Position numbers and translations under genes: made by a program. Positions 29,919 through 38,953 of a DNA stretch of 64,000 nt are shown here, piece by piece (position 1 is the stretch's first letter; the number at the start of each line of letters is the position of its first letter). The notes beneath the pieces were generated by a model. The model made no database searches and was not told the DNA's origin. It saw nothing but the letters and a program-made list of their open reading frames with translations. The stretch covers positions 256,001 to 320,000 of the forward strand of contig CBDCCI010000001.1 of NCBI GenBank assembly GCA_965214705.1. The letters are read 5' to 3'. Source of the DNA: Alphaproteobacteria bacterium. Its GTDB lineage: Bacteria > Pseudomonadota > Alphaproteobacteria > UBA828.

Positions 29919-32075
29919 ATGAAGGCCCTCGCGCCGCTCGTTTTCGCGTGTCTTCTGGCCCTCTCGTCGCTGGAAGCGCGAGCACAGCAGACGGACGCCG
30001 CGCCCGATCTCGGCGACCTGCTGACAGGCGATCTTCTGATGACCGCCGACGAGCTGACCTACGACCAGGCCACCGACACGGTCATCGCCTCCGGCAACGT
30101 CGAGGTCGCACAGGGTGGGCGGGTGCTGCGTGCCGACAGCATCCACTACCGGCGCCGCGACGATGTGGTGACCGCATCGGGCGATGTCGCCATGCGGGAG
30201 CCGACCGGCGAGGTGCTATTTGCCGAGTCCGTCGCGCTTACGGGCGACTTAAGGACTGGCGTGATCCACCGGCTGAGCGTCCTCATGACGGACCAGTCGC
30301 GGCTCGTTGCGAGCGGCGCCAGACGCATCGACGGTACCCGCACGGTGATGCGGAAGGCGGTGTATTCACCGTGCGCGCTATGCCCGGACGATCCCGCCCC
30401 GGCGCCGCTTTGGCAACTCAGGGCGGCGCGCGTTGTCCACGATCAAGTGGAGCGCTCCATCACCTATCGCGATGCATCGCTCGAGTTCCTTGGCTTGCCG
30501 ATCTTGTACACGCCCTATTTCCGCCATCCCGATCCGAGCGTGGTGCGCCAAAGCGGTTTCCTGACCCCGTCTTACAGCAGTTCCACAGCCTTGGGCGCCG
30601 AGGTGACCATTCCCTACTACTGGTCCCTCGCGCCTTACCAGGATGTGACCTTTTCGCCCCGGTTCACCTCTGAGGAAGGGGTCGTGCTGGCCGGCGAGTA
30701 TCGCAAGCGCGCGCGGGATGGTCAGTTCGAGATCGACGCGAGCATCACGCGTGCCCTCACCGCCGACGAGGATGGCAACAGGATTCGGGGGCACGTCTTC
30801 GGCCATGGTCTCTTCGACATTGATGAGACCTGGCGATGGGGTTTCGACCTCGAGCGCGCCCTCGACGACACCTATCTGCGCCGCTACGGCATCTCGTCGA
30901 AAGACGACTTGGTCACCACCCTCTTCGCGGAACGGTTCCACCAGCGCAGCTACATGTCGGGCGCGGGCTACCTGTTCCAGGACCTCCGGGCCGGCGAGCA
31001 GGGGGACCAGAGTCCCATCGTACTCCCCCTGCTCGATGCGCACCTGGTGAGTGCGCCCGACTATGCCGGCGGCTACACCACGCTCGACGCCAATCTCATG
31101 ATCCTAGAGCGCCTGGACGGAATCGACTCGCGGCGGCTCTCGATTGCCGGCGGCTGGCACCGGCCGATGATCATGCCGGGCGGCCATCTCTTCCGCATCG
31201 ATGCGAGCCTGCGAGGCGACCTCTATCACGCCTACACGCCGGCCGACCGAGGAGAACCCTACGGCGTGATGAGGAGCGAAACGGCGGGACGGTTCTTACC
31301 CGAACTCGCCGTCGAATGGCGCTATCCGCTCATCACACGGATCGGCTCCCTGCGGCAGCTCATCGAACCGATCGTGCAGGGCGTCATCAGCCCCGATGGC
31401 GGCAATCCCCACAAGATCCCCAACGAGGACAGCCGGGATCTTGAGTTCGATCACACCAATCTGTTCAGCACCAACCGCCACACTGGCCTCGACCGCATCG
31501 AGACCGGGCCGCGTGTCAATTACGGCGTGCGCCTCGGCTCTTACGGCCCCGGCGGGGGCCGGGCGACCGCATTGATCGGGCAGAGCGCACGGGCAAAGGA
31601 CGATTCGCCGTTCGAGCCAGGCAGTGGCCTCGAAGATCGGATGTCCGACTACGTCGGCCGCATCCACGTGCAGCCGTCGCCTTGGCTCGATTTTTCCCTG
31701 CGGTTCCGTCTCGACCACCGTGACTTCACTGTCAGACGCAACGAAATCGACCTTGCCGCCGGTCCGGAATGGCTGCGCGCCCGGCTTGGCTTCGCCGATG
31801 TAGCCCGGCCGCCGGAAAGCGTGATTGGGAACTTCGTCGGGGGTAGAGAGGGGCTCATGGAGTTGATTGCGAGTCCCTGGGACAACTGGACCCTCTCCGC
31901 CGGGGCCCGCCGCGACCTGGAGGATAACGCTTCCATTAACTGGAATGTGGGTCTTTTCTATGAAGATGAATGTATCGTCATCGGCACGAGTGTATCGCGC
32001 TCCTTCACCCGAGACCGCGACGTAGAGCCGGGTACGGTATGGCACTTGACCGTCAATCTGAAACACGCGGGCTGA
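29919..32075 (+). CDS. lptD: LPS assembly protein LptD
   Basis: OstA-like N-terminus (ADELTYD, ASGNVE), YSPC..C, RQSGFL.P, YEDEC. Confidence 0.92.
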   Translation: MKALAPLVFACLLALSSLEARAQQTDAAPDLGDLLTGDLLMTADELTYDQATDTVIASGNVEVAQGGRVLRADSIHYRRRDDVVTASGDVAMREPTGEVLFAESVALTGDLRTGVIHRLSVLMTDQSRLVASGARRIDGTRTVMRKAVYSPCALCPDDPAPAPLWQLRAARVVHDQVERSITYRDASLEFLGLPILYTPYFRHPDPSVVRQSGFLTPSYSSSTALGAEVTIPYYWSLAPYQDVTFSPRFTSEEGVVLAGEYRKRARDGQFEIDASITRALTADEDGNRIRGHVFGHGLFDIDETWRWGFDLERALDDTYLRRYGISSKDDLVTTLFAERFHQRSYMSGAGYLFQDLRAGEQGDQSPIVLPLLDAHLVSAPDYAGGYTTLDANLMILERLDGIDSRRLSIAGGWHRPMIMPGGHLFRIDASLRGDLYHAYTPADRGEPYGVMRSETAGRFLPELAVEWRYPLITRIGSLRQLIEPIVQGVISPDGGNPHKIPNEDSRDLEFDHTNLFSTNRHTGLDRIETGPRVNYGVRLGSYGPGGGRATALIGQSARAKDDSPFEPGSGLEDRMSDYVGRIHVQPSPWLDFSLRFRLDHRDFTVRRNEIDLAAGPEWLRARLGFADVARPPESVIGNFVGGREGLMELIASPWDNWTLSAGARRDLEDNASINWNVGLFYEDECIVIGTSVSRSFTRDRDVEPGTVWHLTVNLKHAG

Positions 32076-32082
32076 GGCGGCT

Positions 32083-33051
32083 ATGAGATATCTACCGATC
32101 GCTCGGGCGGCTCTGCTGTTGTTCGCGCTGCTGCCGATCGTGCTCGTGCCGGTGGACCGTGCGAGGGGCCAGGAGGTCGTGAGGATCGCCGCTGTTGTCA
32201 ACAGCGAGGCGATCTCGATCCCCGATCTCGTGCGGCGCATCGACGTCGCCATCGTGTCGTCCCGACTGCAGGTCAGCGAGGAGCTGCGCCGCCAGCTGGC
32301 ACCGCAAGTGCTTCGCTCGCTCATCGATGAACGTCTGAAGGTGCAGGAGGCAGAGCGTCTCGGGGTGACCGTCAGCGAGGCCGACATGGCGAACGCGCGG
32401 CGGAGCGTCGAGCAACGCAACGGAATCCCGGCCGGCGCGCTCGACGACTTCCTGCGGCGCCAGGGGCTGGACGTCGCCACCGTCGGGGAGCAACTCCGCG
32501 CTGAGATCCTCTGGTCCAAGCTTGTGCGCGGCCGCCTGGGTGCCGCGGTCTCGGTCGGTGAGGGCGAAATCGACGAGGCGATCGCCCGGCTTGAAGCCAA
32601 CCGAGGGCGACCCGAATATCGTGTCGCGGAGATTTTTCTGGCAGTCGAATTGAGCGAGCAGGAGGACGAGGTCCGCGCCGCCGCCGCGAGCCTCTACAGG
32701 CAGCTAACAGGCGGCGCCAACTTCGCCCAGATCGCCCGTCAATTCTCGCAGAGCGCCACCGCCGCGGTCGGCGGCGACATCGGCTGGGTCGTCGAAGGAC
32801 AGCTCCCGAGCGAGATCGAGGCCGTGCTCGCCGAGACAGAGCCCGGATCGATTACATCCCCGGTGCGGGCGTTCGACGGTTACTACATCGTCTCGTTGAT
32901 TGACCGCCGCGCGGTGCTCGCGGACGTGCCTGCCGCCGGGCTCGATCGGGAGCGGATCCGGCAGGACATCGCGGGACGCAGACTGGAGATGCTCGCGCGG
33001 CGCTACGTTCGCGACCTGCACCGATCGGCGTTCATCGACGTGCGGATTTGA
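32083..33051 (+). CDS. surA: SurA-like peptidyl-prolyl isomerase/chaperone
   Basis: IAAVVN.EAIS, ARQFSQS.TA..GGDIGW, AFIDVR. Confidence 0.88.
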   Translation: MRYLPIARAALLLFALLPIVLVPVDRARGQEVVRIAAVVNSEAISIPDLVRRIDVAIVSSRLQVSEELRRQLAPQVLRSLIDERLKVQEAERLGVTVSEADMANARRSVEQRNGIPAGALDDFLRRQGLDVATVGEQLRAEILWSKLVRGRLGAAVSVGEGEIDEAIARLEANRGRPEYRVAEIFLAVELSEQEDEVRAAAASLYRQLTGGANFAQIARQFSQSATAAVGGDIGWVVEGQLPSEIEAVLAETEPGSITSPVRAFDGYYIVSLIDRRAVLADVPAAGLDRERIRQDIAGRRLEMLARRYVRDLHRSAFIDVRI

Positions 33052-33929
33052 CGGGCACAAGCGACCCCAGCGGGGAAGACGCCGGCTGCGACGCCCGGCT
33101 GCCGCCGCTCTCCGCCGTCATCGCGCGCCACGGACTGCATCCCAAGCGACCGCTTGGTCAGCATTTCCTCCTTGATCCCAGCCTGTGCGAGAGAATTGCG
33201 CGGACAGCCCAACCCGGCGCGTCGGCCGTCATATTGGAGGTGGGGCCAGGACCGGGCGGACTAACCAGAGCGCTGCTCGCGGCTGGCGCGGCTCGCGTTG
33301 TCGCGGTGGAGAAGGACCGCCGCTGCGTGACCGCGCTCGGCGAGCTCCAGGCGCGCTATCCCGATCGGCTCGAGATCGTCGAGGGCGACGCGCTCTCCTT
33401 CGATATCGCTACTCTGGGGCCCGCTCGCATCGGGATCGTAGCGAATCTCCCCTACAACGTCGGCACGCGGCTCTTATTGCGATGGCTGGAGCAGGTCGAG
33501 CTGATCGAGAGCATGACCCTCATGTTCCAGAAGGAGGTGGCCGCACGGATCACCGCGGCCGGTGGGCGAGACTACGGCGGCCTCTCGGTGCGCGCACAGT
33601 GGCTCTGCACCTGCGAGCGGCTGTTCGACGTGAGCCCGCGCGCCTTCGTGCCGCCGCCCGGCGTGCTTTCATCGGTGGTTCGCCTGGTGCCGCGGGCTGC
33701 GCCGCTCGCGCCGGCGGAGCCCGACGCCCTCGATGCCGTGACCCGCGCGGCATTCGGTCAGCGCAGGAAGATGCTGCGCCGCGCCCTTCGCACCCTTACC
33801 CCGGACCCGCTAGCGCTGCTTCAGAGCGCCGGCATCTCGCCCGAAGCGCGGGCGGAGACGCTCTCGGTTACCGAATTCTGCGCGCTTGCCCGCGCCTGGG
33901 CGACGACGCGGCACACCAGAGCGCTGTAA
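33048..33929 (+). CDS. rsmA: 16S rRNA dimethyltransferase RsmA/KsgA
   Basis: LGQHFLLD, EVGPGPGGLT, ANLPYNV, AFGQRRKMLR. Confidence 0.95.
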   Translation: MTGTSDPSGEDAGCDARLPPLSAVIARHGLHPKRPLGQHFLLDPSLCERIARTAQPGASAVILEVGPGPGGLTRALLAAGAARVVAVEKDRRCVTALGELQARYPDRLEIVEGDALSFDIATLGPARIGIVANLPYNVGTRLLLRWLEQVELIESMTLMFQKEVAARITAAGGRDYGGLSVRAQWLCTCERLFDVSPRAFVPPPGVLSSVVRLVPRAAPLAPAEPDALDAVTRAAFGQRRKMLRRALRTLTPDPLALLQSAGISPEARAETLSVTEFCALARAWATTRHTRAL

Positions 33930-33947
33930 TTCCGCTGGTAATTCCGC

Positions 33948-33976
33948 TTGCCAATGCGTCCGGCACGCCTTAGTCA
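33948..33976 (+). promoter_or_regulatory. Sigma70-like promoter for uORF-GNAT
   Basis: TTGCCA-N17-TAGTCA with an ATG 7 nt downstream. Confidence 0.55.
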
Positions 33977-33983
33977 CCCTTTC

Positions 33984-34022
33984 ATGCCACGCTGTTCTCG
34001 CGAGCGACGACGAGACCGCTGA
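33984..34022 (+). CDS. Putative Arg-rich leader peptide MPRCSRERRRDR
   Basis: 12-codon ORF with CGA-CGA-CGA; complementary to the GNAT RBS region. Confidence 0.5.
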   Translation: MPRCSRERRRDR

Positions 34023-34087
34023 CACCGCGGCGCCATCGGCGCTGCGGCATCACCACCTTGCCCGTCCGTCGTCGAGAGCAGAGCGCC

Positions 34088-34603
34088 ATGCCCCCCATCC
34101 GTAAAGAGCGGCCGCAAGACGGCCCGGAGATCGAGTCCCTGCTGGACCGTGCCTTTGGCGCGGACCGTCATGCCCGCCCTTCCTACCGCCTGCGAGAAGG
34201 TATCGAGCCCGTGCACAGCCTCTGCCTCGTCGCCGAGGCCGAGGGTCGAATCCTCGGCACGATCCGACACTGGCCTGTACGGATTGGCACAACGGGATCG
34301 GCGCTGCTGCTAGGGCCGATCGCCGTGAACCCGCCCCAAGAGGGACGCGGAATCGGAGGACTACTAATCCGAACCGCACTCGATCGGGCCGCAGCGGCGG
34401 GACACACGACCGTCGTCGCAGTGGGCGCGCAGGGTTATCTCGGCCGTTTCGGCTTCGAGAGCGCAGCGCGCTACGGGATCAACCTTCCTGGCCTCAAGGA
34501 ATCCGGCCGGCTACTCGCGCTGGCGCTTGCCCCTGGTGCCCTCGACGGTGTGAAAGGTGCGATAGAGCGGGTTAGCCCTGAGCCGGCTTCGTGCCCACCG
34601 TGA
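34088..34603 (+). CDS. GNAT family N-acetyltransferase (YhbS-like)
   Basis: LLDRAFG.DR...SYRLREG, LLLGPIAV.P...GRGIG..L; 3' end overlaps gmk convergently. Confidence 0.88.
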   Translation: MPPIRKERPQDGPEIESLLDRAFGADRHARPSYRLREGIEPVHSLCLVAEAEGRILGTIRHWPVRIGTTGSALLLGPIAVNPPQEGRGIGGLLIRTALDRAAAAGHTTVVAVGAQGYLGRFGFESAARYGINLPGLKESGRLLALALAPGALDGVKGAIERVSPEPASCPP

Positions 34604-35243
34604 GTTTGCCCACGAATTCGTCGAGGCCCTTCAGGCGGTCCCGGCGCAGCCGCTCGGCACGGAGCACCGCGCGCACCTCTTCGACGGACCGTTCGAGCGC
34701 AGTGTTGACCACCACGTAGTCGTATTCGTCGTAGTGACTCATCTCGTCGCCAGCGCGGCTCATTCGCTCCGCGACCACGGCGGGCGTGTCCTGAGCACGG
34801 CGCTTGAGTCGTTCTTCCAGCGCCTCCAGCGACGGCGGCAGGATGAAGATGCGGACCAGATCGCCCTTCACGGCCTCGGCAAGCTGCTGGCTGCCCTGCC
34901 AGTCGATATCGAAGACGACATCGCGGCCGGCATCGAGCGCGCTTTCGACCGGGTCGCGGGCGGTGCCGTACCAGTGGCCGAACACTTCCGCGCATTCCAG
35001 GAACGCCCCGCGCTCCCGCAGACGCGTAAACCCGGCCTCGTCGACGAAGTGATAGTCGCGGCCGTCCATCTCGTCCGGTCGCTTGGGCCGCGTCGTGTGC
35101 GAGACCGAGATTTCGACTCCGTCGCCTTCAAGCTCGACCAGGCGGCGGGTAATGGTCGTCTTGCCCGCACCGGAGGGTGAGGACAGTACCAGCAGGAGGC
35201 CGCGGCGCCCAAAGGTCGGATTGTCGGTGGAGACGCTCACCAC
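34572..35243 (-). CDS. gmk: Guanylate kinase
   Basis: SSPSGAGKTT, TTRPKRP.E.DG.DYHF, DIDWQG. Confidence 0.95.
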   Translation of the reverse strand: MVSVSTDNPTFGRRGLLLVLSSPSGAGKTTITRRLVELEGDGVEISVSHTTRPKRPDEMDGRDYHFVDEAGFTRLRERGAFLECAEVFGHWYGTARDPVESALDAGRDVVFDIDWQGSQQLAEAVKGDLVRIFILPPSLEALEERLKRRAQDTPAVVAERMSRAGDEMSHYDEYDYVVVNTALERSVEEVRAVLRAERLRRDRLKGLDEFVGKLTVGTKPAQG

Positions 35244-36140
35244 CTACTCCACGTTCTGCGCCTGCTCGCGGAACTGGTCGATGGCCGCCTTGAGCGCGAG
35301 GCCGACCTCCGTGAGCGCGGCATGGGAGGCCTTGGAGCAGAGCGTGTTGGCCTCCCGGTTGAACTCTTGCGCCAGGAAATCCAGCTTGCGTCCGACAGCA
35401 CCCCCCTCCTGCAGATGACGTGCCGCCGCTGCGCAGTGGGACCTGAGTCGGTCGATCTCCTCGGTCACGTCGATCTTGACGGCGAGGAGCGCGAGCTCCG
35501 TTGCCAGCCGATCCTCGGACACCGGCGAGACCGCGCCGATCAGAGCCGCCACCTGCTCTCGCAATCGCTCGCCGAGCGCCTCTTGGCGGGAGGGCGCCAG
35601 GGTCTCGGCTTGGCGTGTGAGCACCACGATCTCCTCGATCCGGTCCGTCAGCGCGGCGGCGAGCGCAGTCCCCTCAGCCTGCCGCTCGCGCACCAGCTCC
35701 GCGAGTGCGATATCCAGCGTCTCCAGCAAGGCAGCGTCGTCCTGGGCGCCCTCGGTGTCGTCGGGTGATTCTGCGGTCTCGATGACACCGCGTAGCGCCA
35801 ACATGCCGTCGAGGCGCGGCGGCGCGATGTCGTCCCGCCCGCGGTACTCGGCGGCAAGGTTGATCAACTCGTCGAGCCACGCCCGGTTGACCCGCATCGC
35901 GGCGGCTTCCGGCGCCTGCGAGAGCCTGAGCCCCACCGTGACGTTGCCGCGCCGAAGCCGCGCAGTCACCGCATTCCGCACCGCCGGATCGAGCCGCTCC
36001 AACCCCTGCGGCAGGCGGCAGCGAATATCCAACGCCCGCCCGTTGACGCTCTTGACCTCCCAGCTCCAGCCGGCCGCGCCATCGCTGCCGCTCGCCCGCG
36101 CAAAGCCGGTCATGCTGGAGATTGCGGCCATGTCCCCCAT
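35244..36140 (-). CDS. yicC: YicC/YloC family endoribonuclease
   Basis: SMTGFAR, KSVNGR.LD, GRKLDFL.QEFNREANTLCSK, REQ.QNVE. Confidence 0.93.
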   Translation of the reverse strand: MGDMAAISSMTGFARASGSDGAAGWSWEVKSVNGRALDIRCRLPQGLERLDPAVRNAVTARLRRGNVTVGLRLSQAPEAAAMRVNRAWLDELINLAAEYRGRDDIAPPRLDGMLALRGVIETAESPDDTEGAQDDAALLETLDIALAELVRERQAEGTALAAALTDRIEEIVVLTRQAETLAPSRQEALGERLREQVAALIGAVSPVSEDRLATELALLAVKIDVTEEIDRLRSHCAAAARHLQEGGAVGRKLDFLAQEFNREANTLCSKASHAALTEVGLALKAAIDQFREQAQNVE

Positions 36141-36157
36141 CGACGCGCCTCCCGCCA

Positions 36158-37153
36158 CTACTTCTTTGACGCGGCGCGCTTGGCGCGCCAGCGTGCGACG
36201 TTGCGGTTGTGCTCGTCCAGGGTCTTCGCGAACGCATGCCCGCCGGAGCCGTCGGCAACGAAGTAGAGCGCGTCGGTCTCAGCCGGGTTCAGGACTGCGG
36301 CAAGCGCCGCGCGCCCCGGATTGGCGATGGGGCCCGGCGGCAGACCCTTGTTGCGGTACGTGTTGTAAGGGCTCTCGACCCAGAGGTCGGCGCGTCTGAG
36401 CGCTCGTCCCAACGGCTTCTTGCCGCCGGTCAACGCGTAAATCACGGTCGGGTCGGCCTGCAGCCGCATGCCCTGCCTGAGCCGGTTGTGGAAGACACCG
36501 GCAACCACCGGCATTTCGTCGGCAAGAGCCGTCTCCTTCTCGACCACGGAGGCCAGCACCACGGCATCGTGCGCTTCGTCGAGGCCAACCGCCGGATCAC
36601 GGGCTTCCCACAGTTCGTCGACCAGGCGTGCCATGGCCCGCTGCATGCGCTCGATGAGCACGGCACGGCTATCGCCCAACGCATAGTGATAGGTCTCGGG
36701 CAGGAGCGAGCCTTCCTCCGGCACCTTCAAGATCTCGCCTTCGAGGTCCGGTGCGGCGCGGACCGCGGCCATGACCTCGGCGCTGGTCATGCCCTCGGTA
36801 ACGGTGAGCCGATGCACGACGGTCTTGCCCGTGACCAGCTTCTCCATCACGCCGCGCGGCGTGACCAGCGCCTCGAACACGTACTCGCCGGCCTTGAGCG
36901 CGTGCTGCTTGTCCTCGATCCAGAGCCCGGCGACGAAGAGCAACGGATCGTCGATGACGCCTGCTTCCTCAAGCACGTCTGCGATGTCGAAGGCACTCAG
37001 CCCCTGGGGCAGGACCACGGTGCGCTCATCGCGTGCGGGCCCCGGCGTGTCGAATTGGCTGTGGACGTAGAGCCAACCTGCGATCACGAGGACGACGGCG
37101 AGGCCCACCACGACCGCCACGCCCGTGAGCGGCCATAAGAGGGCGCGCCTCAT
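36158..37153 (-). CDS. mltG: Endolytic transglycosylase MltG
   Basis: LKAGEY, LASVVEKET, RLQADPTVIY, SPYNTY. Confidence 0.93.
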   Translation of the reverse strand: MRRALLWPLTGVAVVVGLAVVLVIAGWLYVHSQFDTPGPARDERTVVLPQGLSAFDIADVLEEAGVIDDPLLFVAGLWIEDKQHALKAGEYVFEALVTPRGVMEKLVTGKTVVHRLTVTEGMTSAEVMAAVRAAPDLEGEILKVPEEGSLLPETYHYALGDSRAVLIERMQRAMARLVDELWEARDPAVGLDEAHDAVVLASVVEKETALADEMPVVAGVFHNRLRQGMRLQADPTVIYALTGGKKPLGRALRRADLWVESPYNTYRNKGLPPGPIANPGRAALAAVLNPAETDALYFVADGSGGHAFAKTLDEHNRNVARWRAKRAASKK

Positions 37154-37164
37154 CGCCCGCCGCG

Positions 37165-38442
37165 CTAGGAGGGCCGGCCTACGATGACCGTGGCGTTGGT
37201 GCCGCCGAACCCGAAGGAGTTCGACAGCGCCCGCTCGACCTTGCGCTCCTTGGCCTCGTGCGGGACCAGATCGAGATCGCAGCCCGGCGAGGGATTGTCG
37301 AGATTGAGCGTCGGCGGGACCACGCCGTCGTTGATGGCGAGGATGGAGAAGATCAGCTCCACGCTGCCCGCGGCGCCGAGCAGATGCCCGATCGACGACT
37401 TGGTCGACGACATCGAGAGTTTCCCGGCGTCCTCGCCGAAGAGATGCTTGACCGCGCCGAGCTCGATTTCGTCACCGAGCGGCGTTGAGGTGCCGTGGGC
37501 GTTGATGTAGTCGATCTCGTCAGTGTTGAGCTCTGCCGTCCTGAGCGCGTGGGCCATGGAACGGTAGCCGCCCGAGCCGTCCGGTGCAGGCGCGGTCACG
37601 TGGTGGGCATCGCCGCTCATGCCGTAGCCGATGACCTCGGCATAGATCGTCGCGCCCCGTTTCTTGGCGTGCTCGTATTCCTCCAGCACGACTACGCCTG
37701 CGCCCTCGCCCATCACGAACCCGTCGCGCGCCTCGTCCCAGGGGCGGGATGCGCACTCCGGCGTGTCGTTGAAATTGGTTGAGAGCGCGCGGGCTGCCGC
37801 GAAGCCGGCGACCCCGATATGGCAGACGCCCGCCTCCGCACCGCCGGCGACCATGACGTCCGCATCGCCGCGCAGGATGAGGTGCGACGCATCGCCAATC
37901 GCGTGCGCTCCGGTCGAGCACGCCGTCACCACCGAATGATTGGGCCCGCGAAAGCCGTATCGAATCGAGACGTGGCCCGAGGCTAAGTTGATCAGGCTCG
38001 ACGGGATAAAGAACGGGCTGAGCCGCCTCGGGCCCTTCTCGTCTACAAGGACCGTCGCCGCCTCGATGGTCTTGAGTCCGCCGATGCCGGAGCCGATCAT
38101 CACGCCGGTCCGCTCCTGGCTCTCCTCGTCGTCGGGCATCCAGCCCGAATCCTCCACCGCCTCCACCGCGGCACAGAGCGCATAGACGATGAAGTCGTCC
38201 ATCTTGCGCAGGTCCTTGGTGGATACGATATCGGCCGCGTGGAAGCCGCCCTCATCGTCGCCAGAGGGAATCTCGCCCGCGATCTTGACTGGCAGATCGC
38301 TGGGATCGAACCCCTCGATTTGCGCGATGCCCGAGCGGCCTTCGACGAGCCGCTCCCAGCTCAGGCGGACACCGTTCGCCAGCGGCGACACCATGCCGAC
38401 ACCGGTGACCACCACTCTGCGCGCCGGGTCAGCGGTGCGCAT
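37165..38442 (-). CDS. fabF: 3-oxoacyl-ACP synthase II
   Basis: VTACSTGAH, NAHGTST, GHLLGAAG, SNSFGFGG. Confidence 0.96.
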   Translation of the reverse strand: MRTADPARRVVVTGVGMVSPLANGVRLSWERLVEGRSGIAQIEGFDPSDLPVKIAGEIPSGDDEGGFHAADIVSTKDLRKMDDFIVYALCAAVEAVEDSGWMPDDEESQERTGVMIGSGIGGLKTIEAATVLVDEKGPRRLSPFFIPSSLINLASGHVSIRYGFRGPNHSVVTACSTGAHAIGDASHLILRGDADVMVAGGAEAGVCHIGVAGFAAARALSTNFNDTPECASRPWDEARDGFVMGEGAGVVVLEEYEHAKKRGATIYAEVIGYGMSGDAHHVTAPAPDGSGGYRSMAHALRTAELNTDEIDYINAHGTSTPLGDEIELGAVKHLFGEDAGKLSMSSTKSSIGHLLGAAGSVELIFSILAINDGVVPPTLNLDNPSPGCDLDLVPHEAKERKVERALSNSFGFGGTNATVIVGRPS

Positions 38443-38511
38443 TCACTGCTCTCCAGCTATCGGGGTCTTGCGCAGGCTGTGTCCGCGCCATCGGCCCCTC
38501 TGGCCGCCCCG

Positions 38512-38751
38512 TCAGGTGATCTGCTCGATGTGGTCGATGGCGTCCTTCACTGTGAGGATTTTCTCGGCGGCGTCATCGGGTATTTCGCAGCCGAACTCCT
38601 CCTCGAAGGCCATCACGAGCTCGACCGTATCGAGACTGTCCGCACCGAGATCGTCGATGAAGCTCGCATTCTCGGTCACCTTTTCCTCTTCGATGCCAAG
38701 GTGATCGACGACGATCTTCTTGACGCGCGCGGCGATATCGTTATCGCTCAT
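38512..38751 (-). CDS. acpP: Acyl carrier protein
   Basis: [20 protein letters not shown]. Confidence 0.97.
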   Translation of the reverse strand: MSDNDIAARVKKIVVDHLGIEEEKVTENASFIDDLGADSLDTVELVMAFEEEFGCEIPDDAAEKILTVKDAIDHIEQIT

Positions 38752-38953
38752 GTAACCTTCCCTCGTCGGACTGCGTGAACGGCTACGCCGGTCTCAACCG
38801 GCGGACAGCGGCCCCGTGCGGCTTCCGAATCGCGAGCGGACCATGCCGCGCGGACGGGCGGACGCGGCGCTAGGTAACACATTTCTTGGCGATACTCCAT
38901 ACGCTCGGAAGATGGTGCCGGTACGACGGCAAATTCAAGTATGAAGCCGGCCC

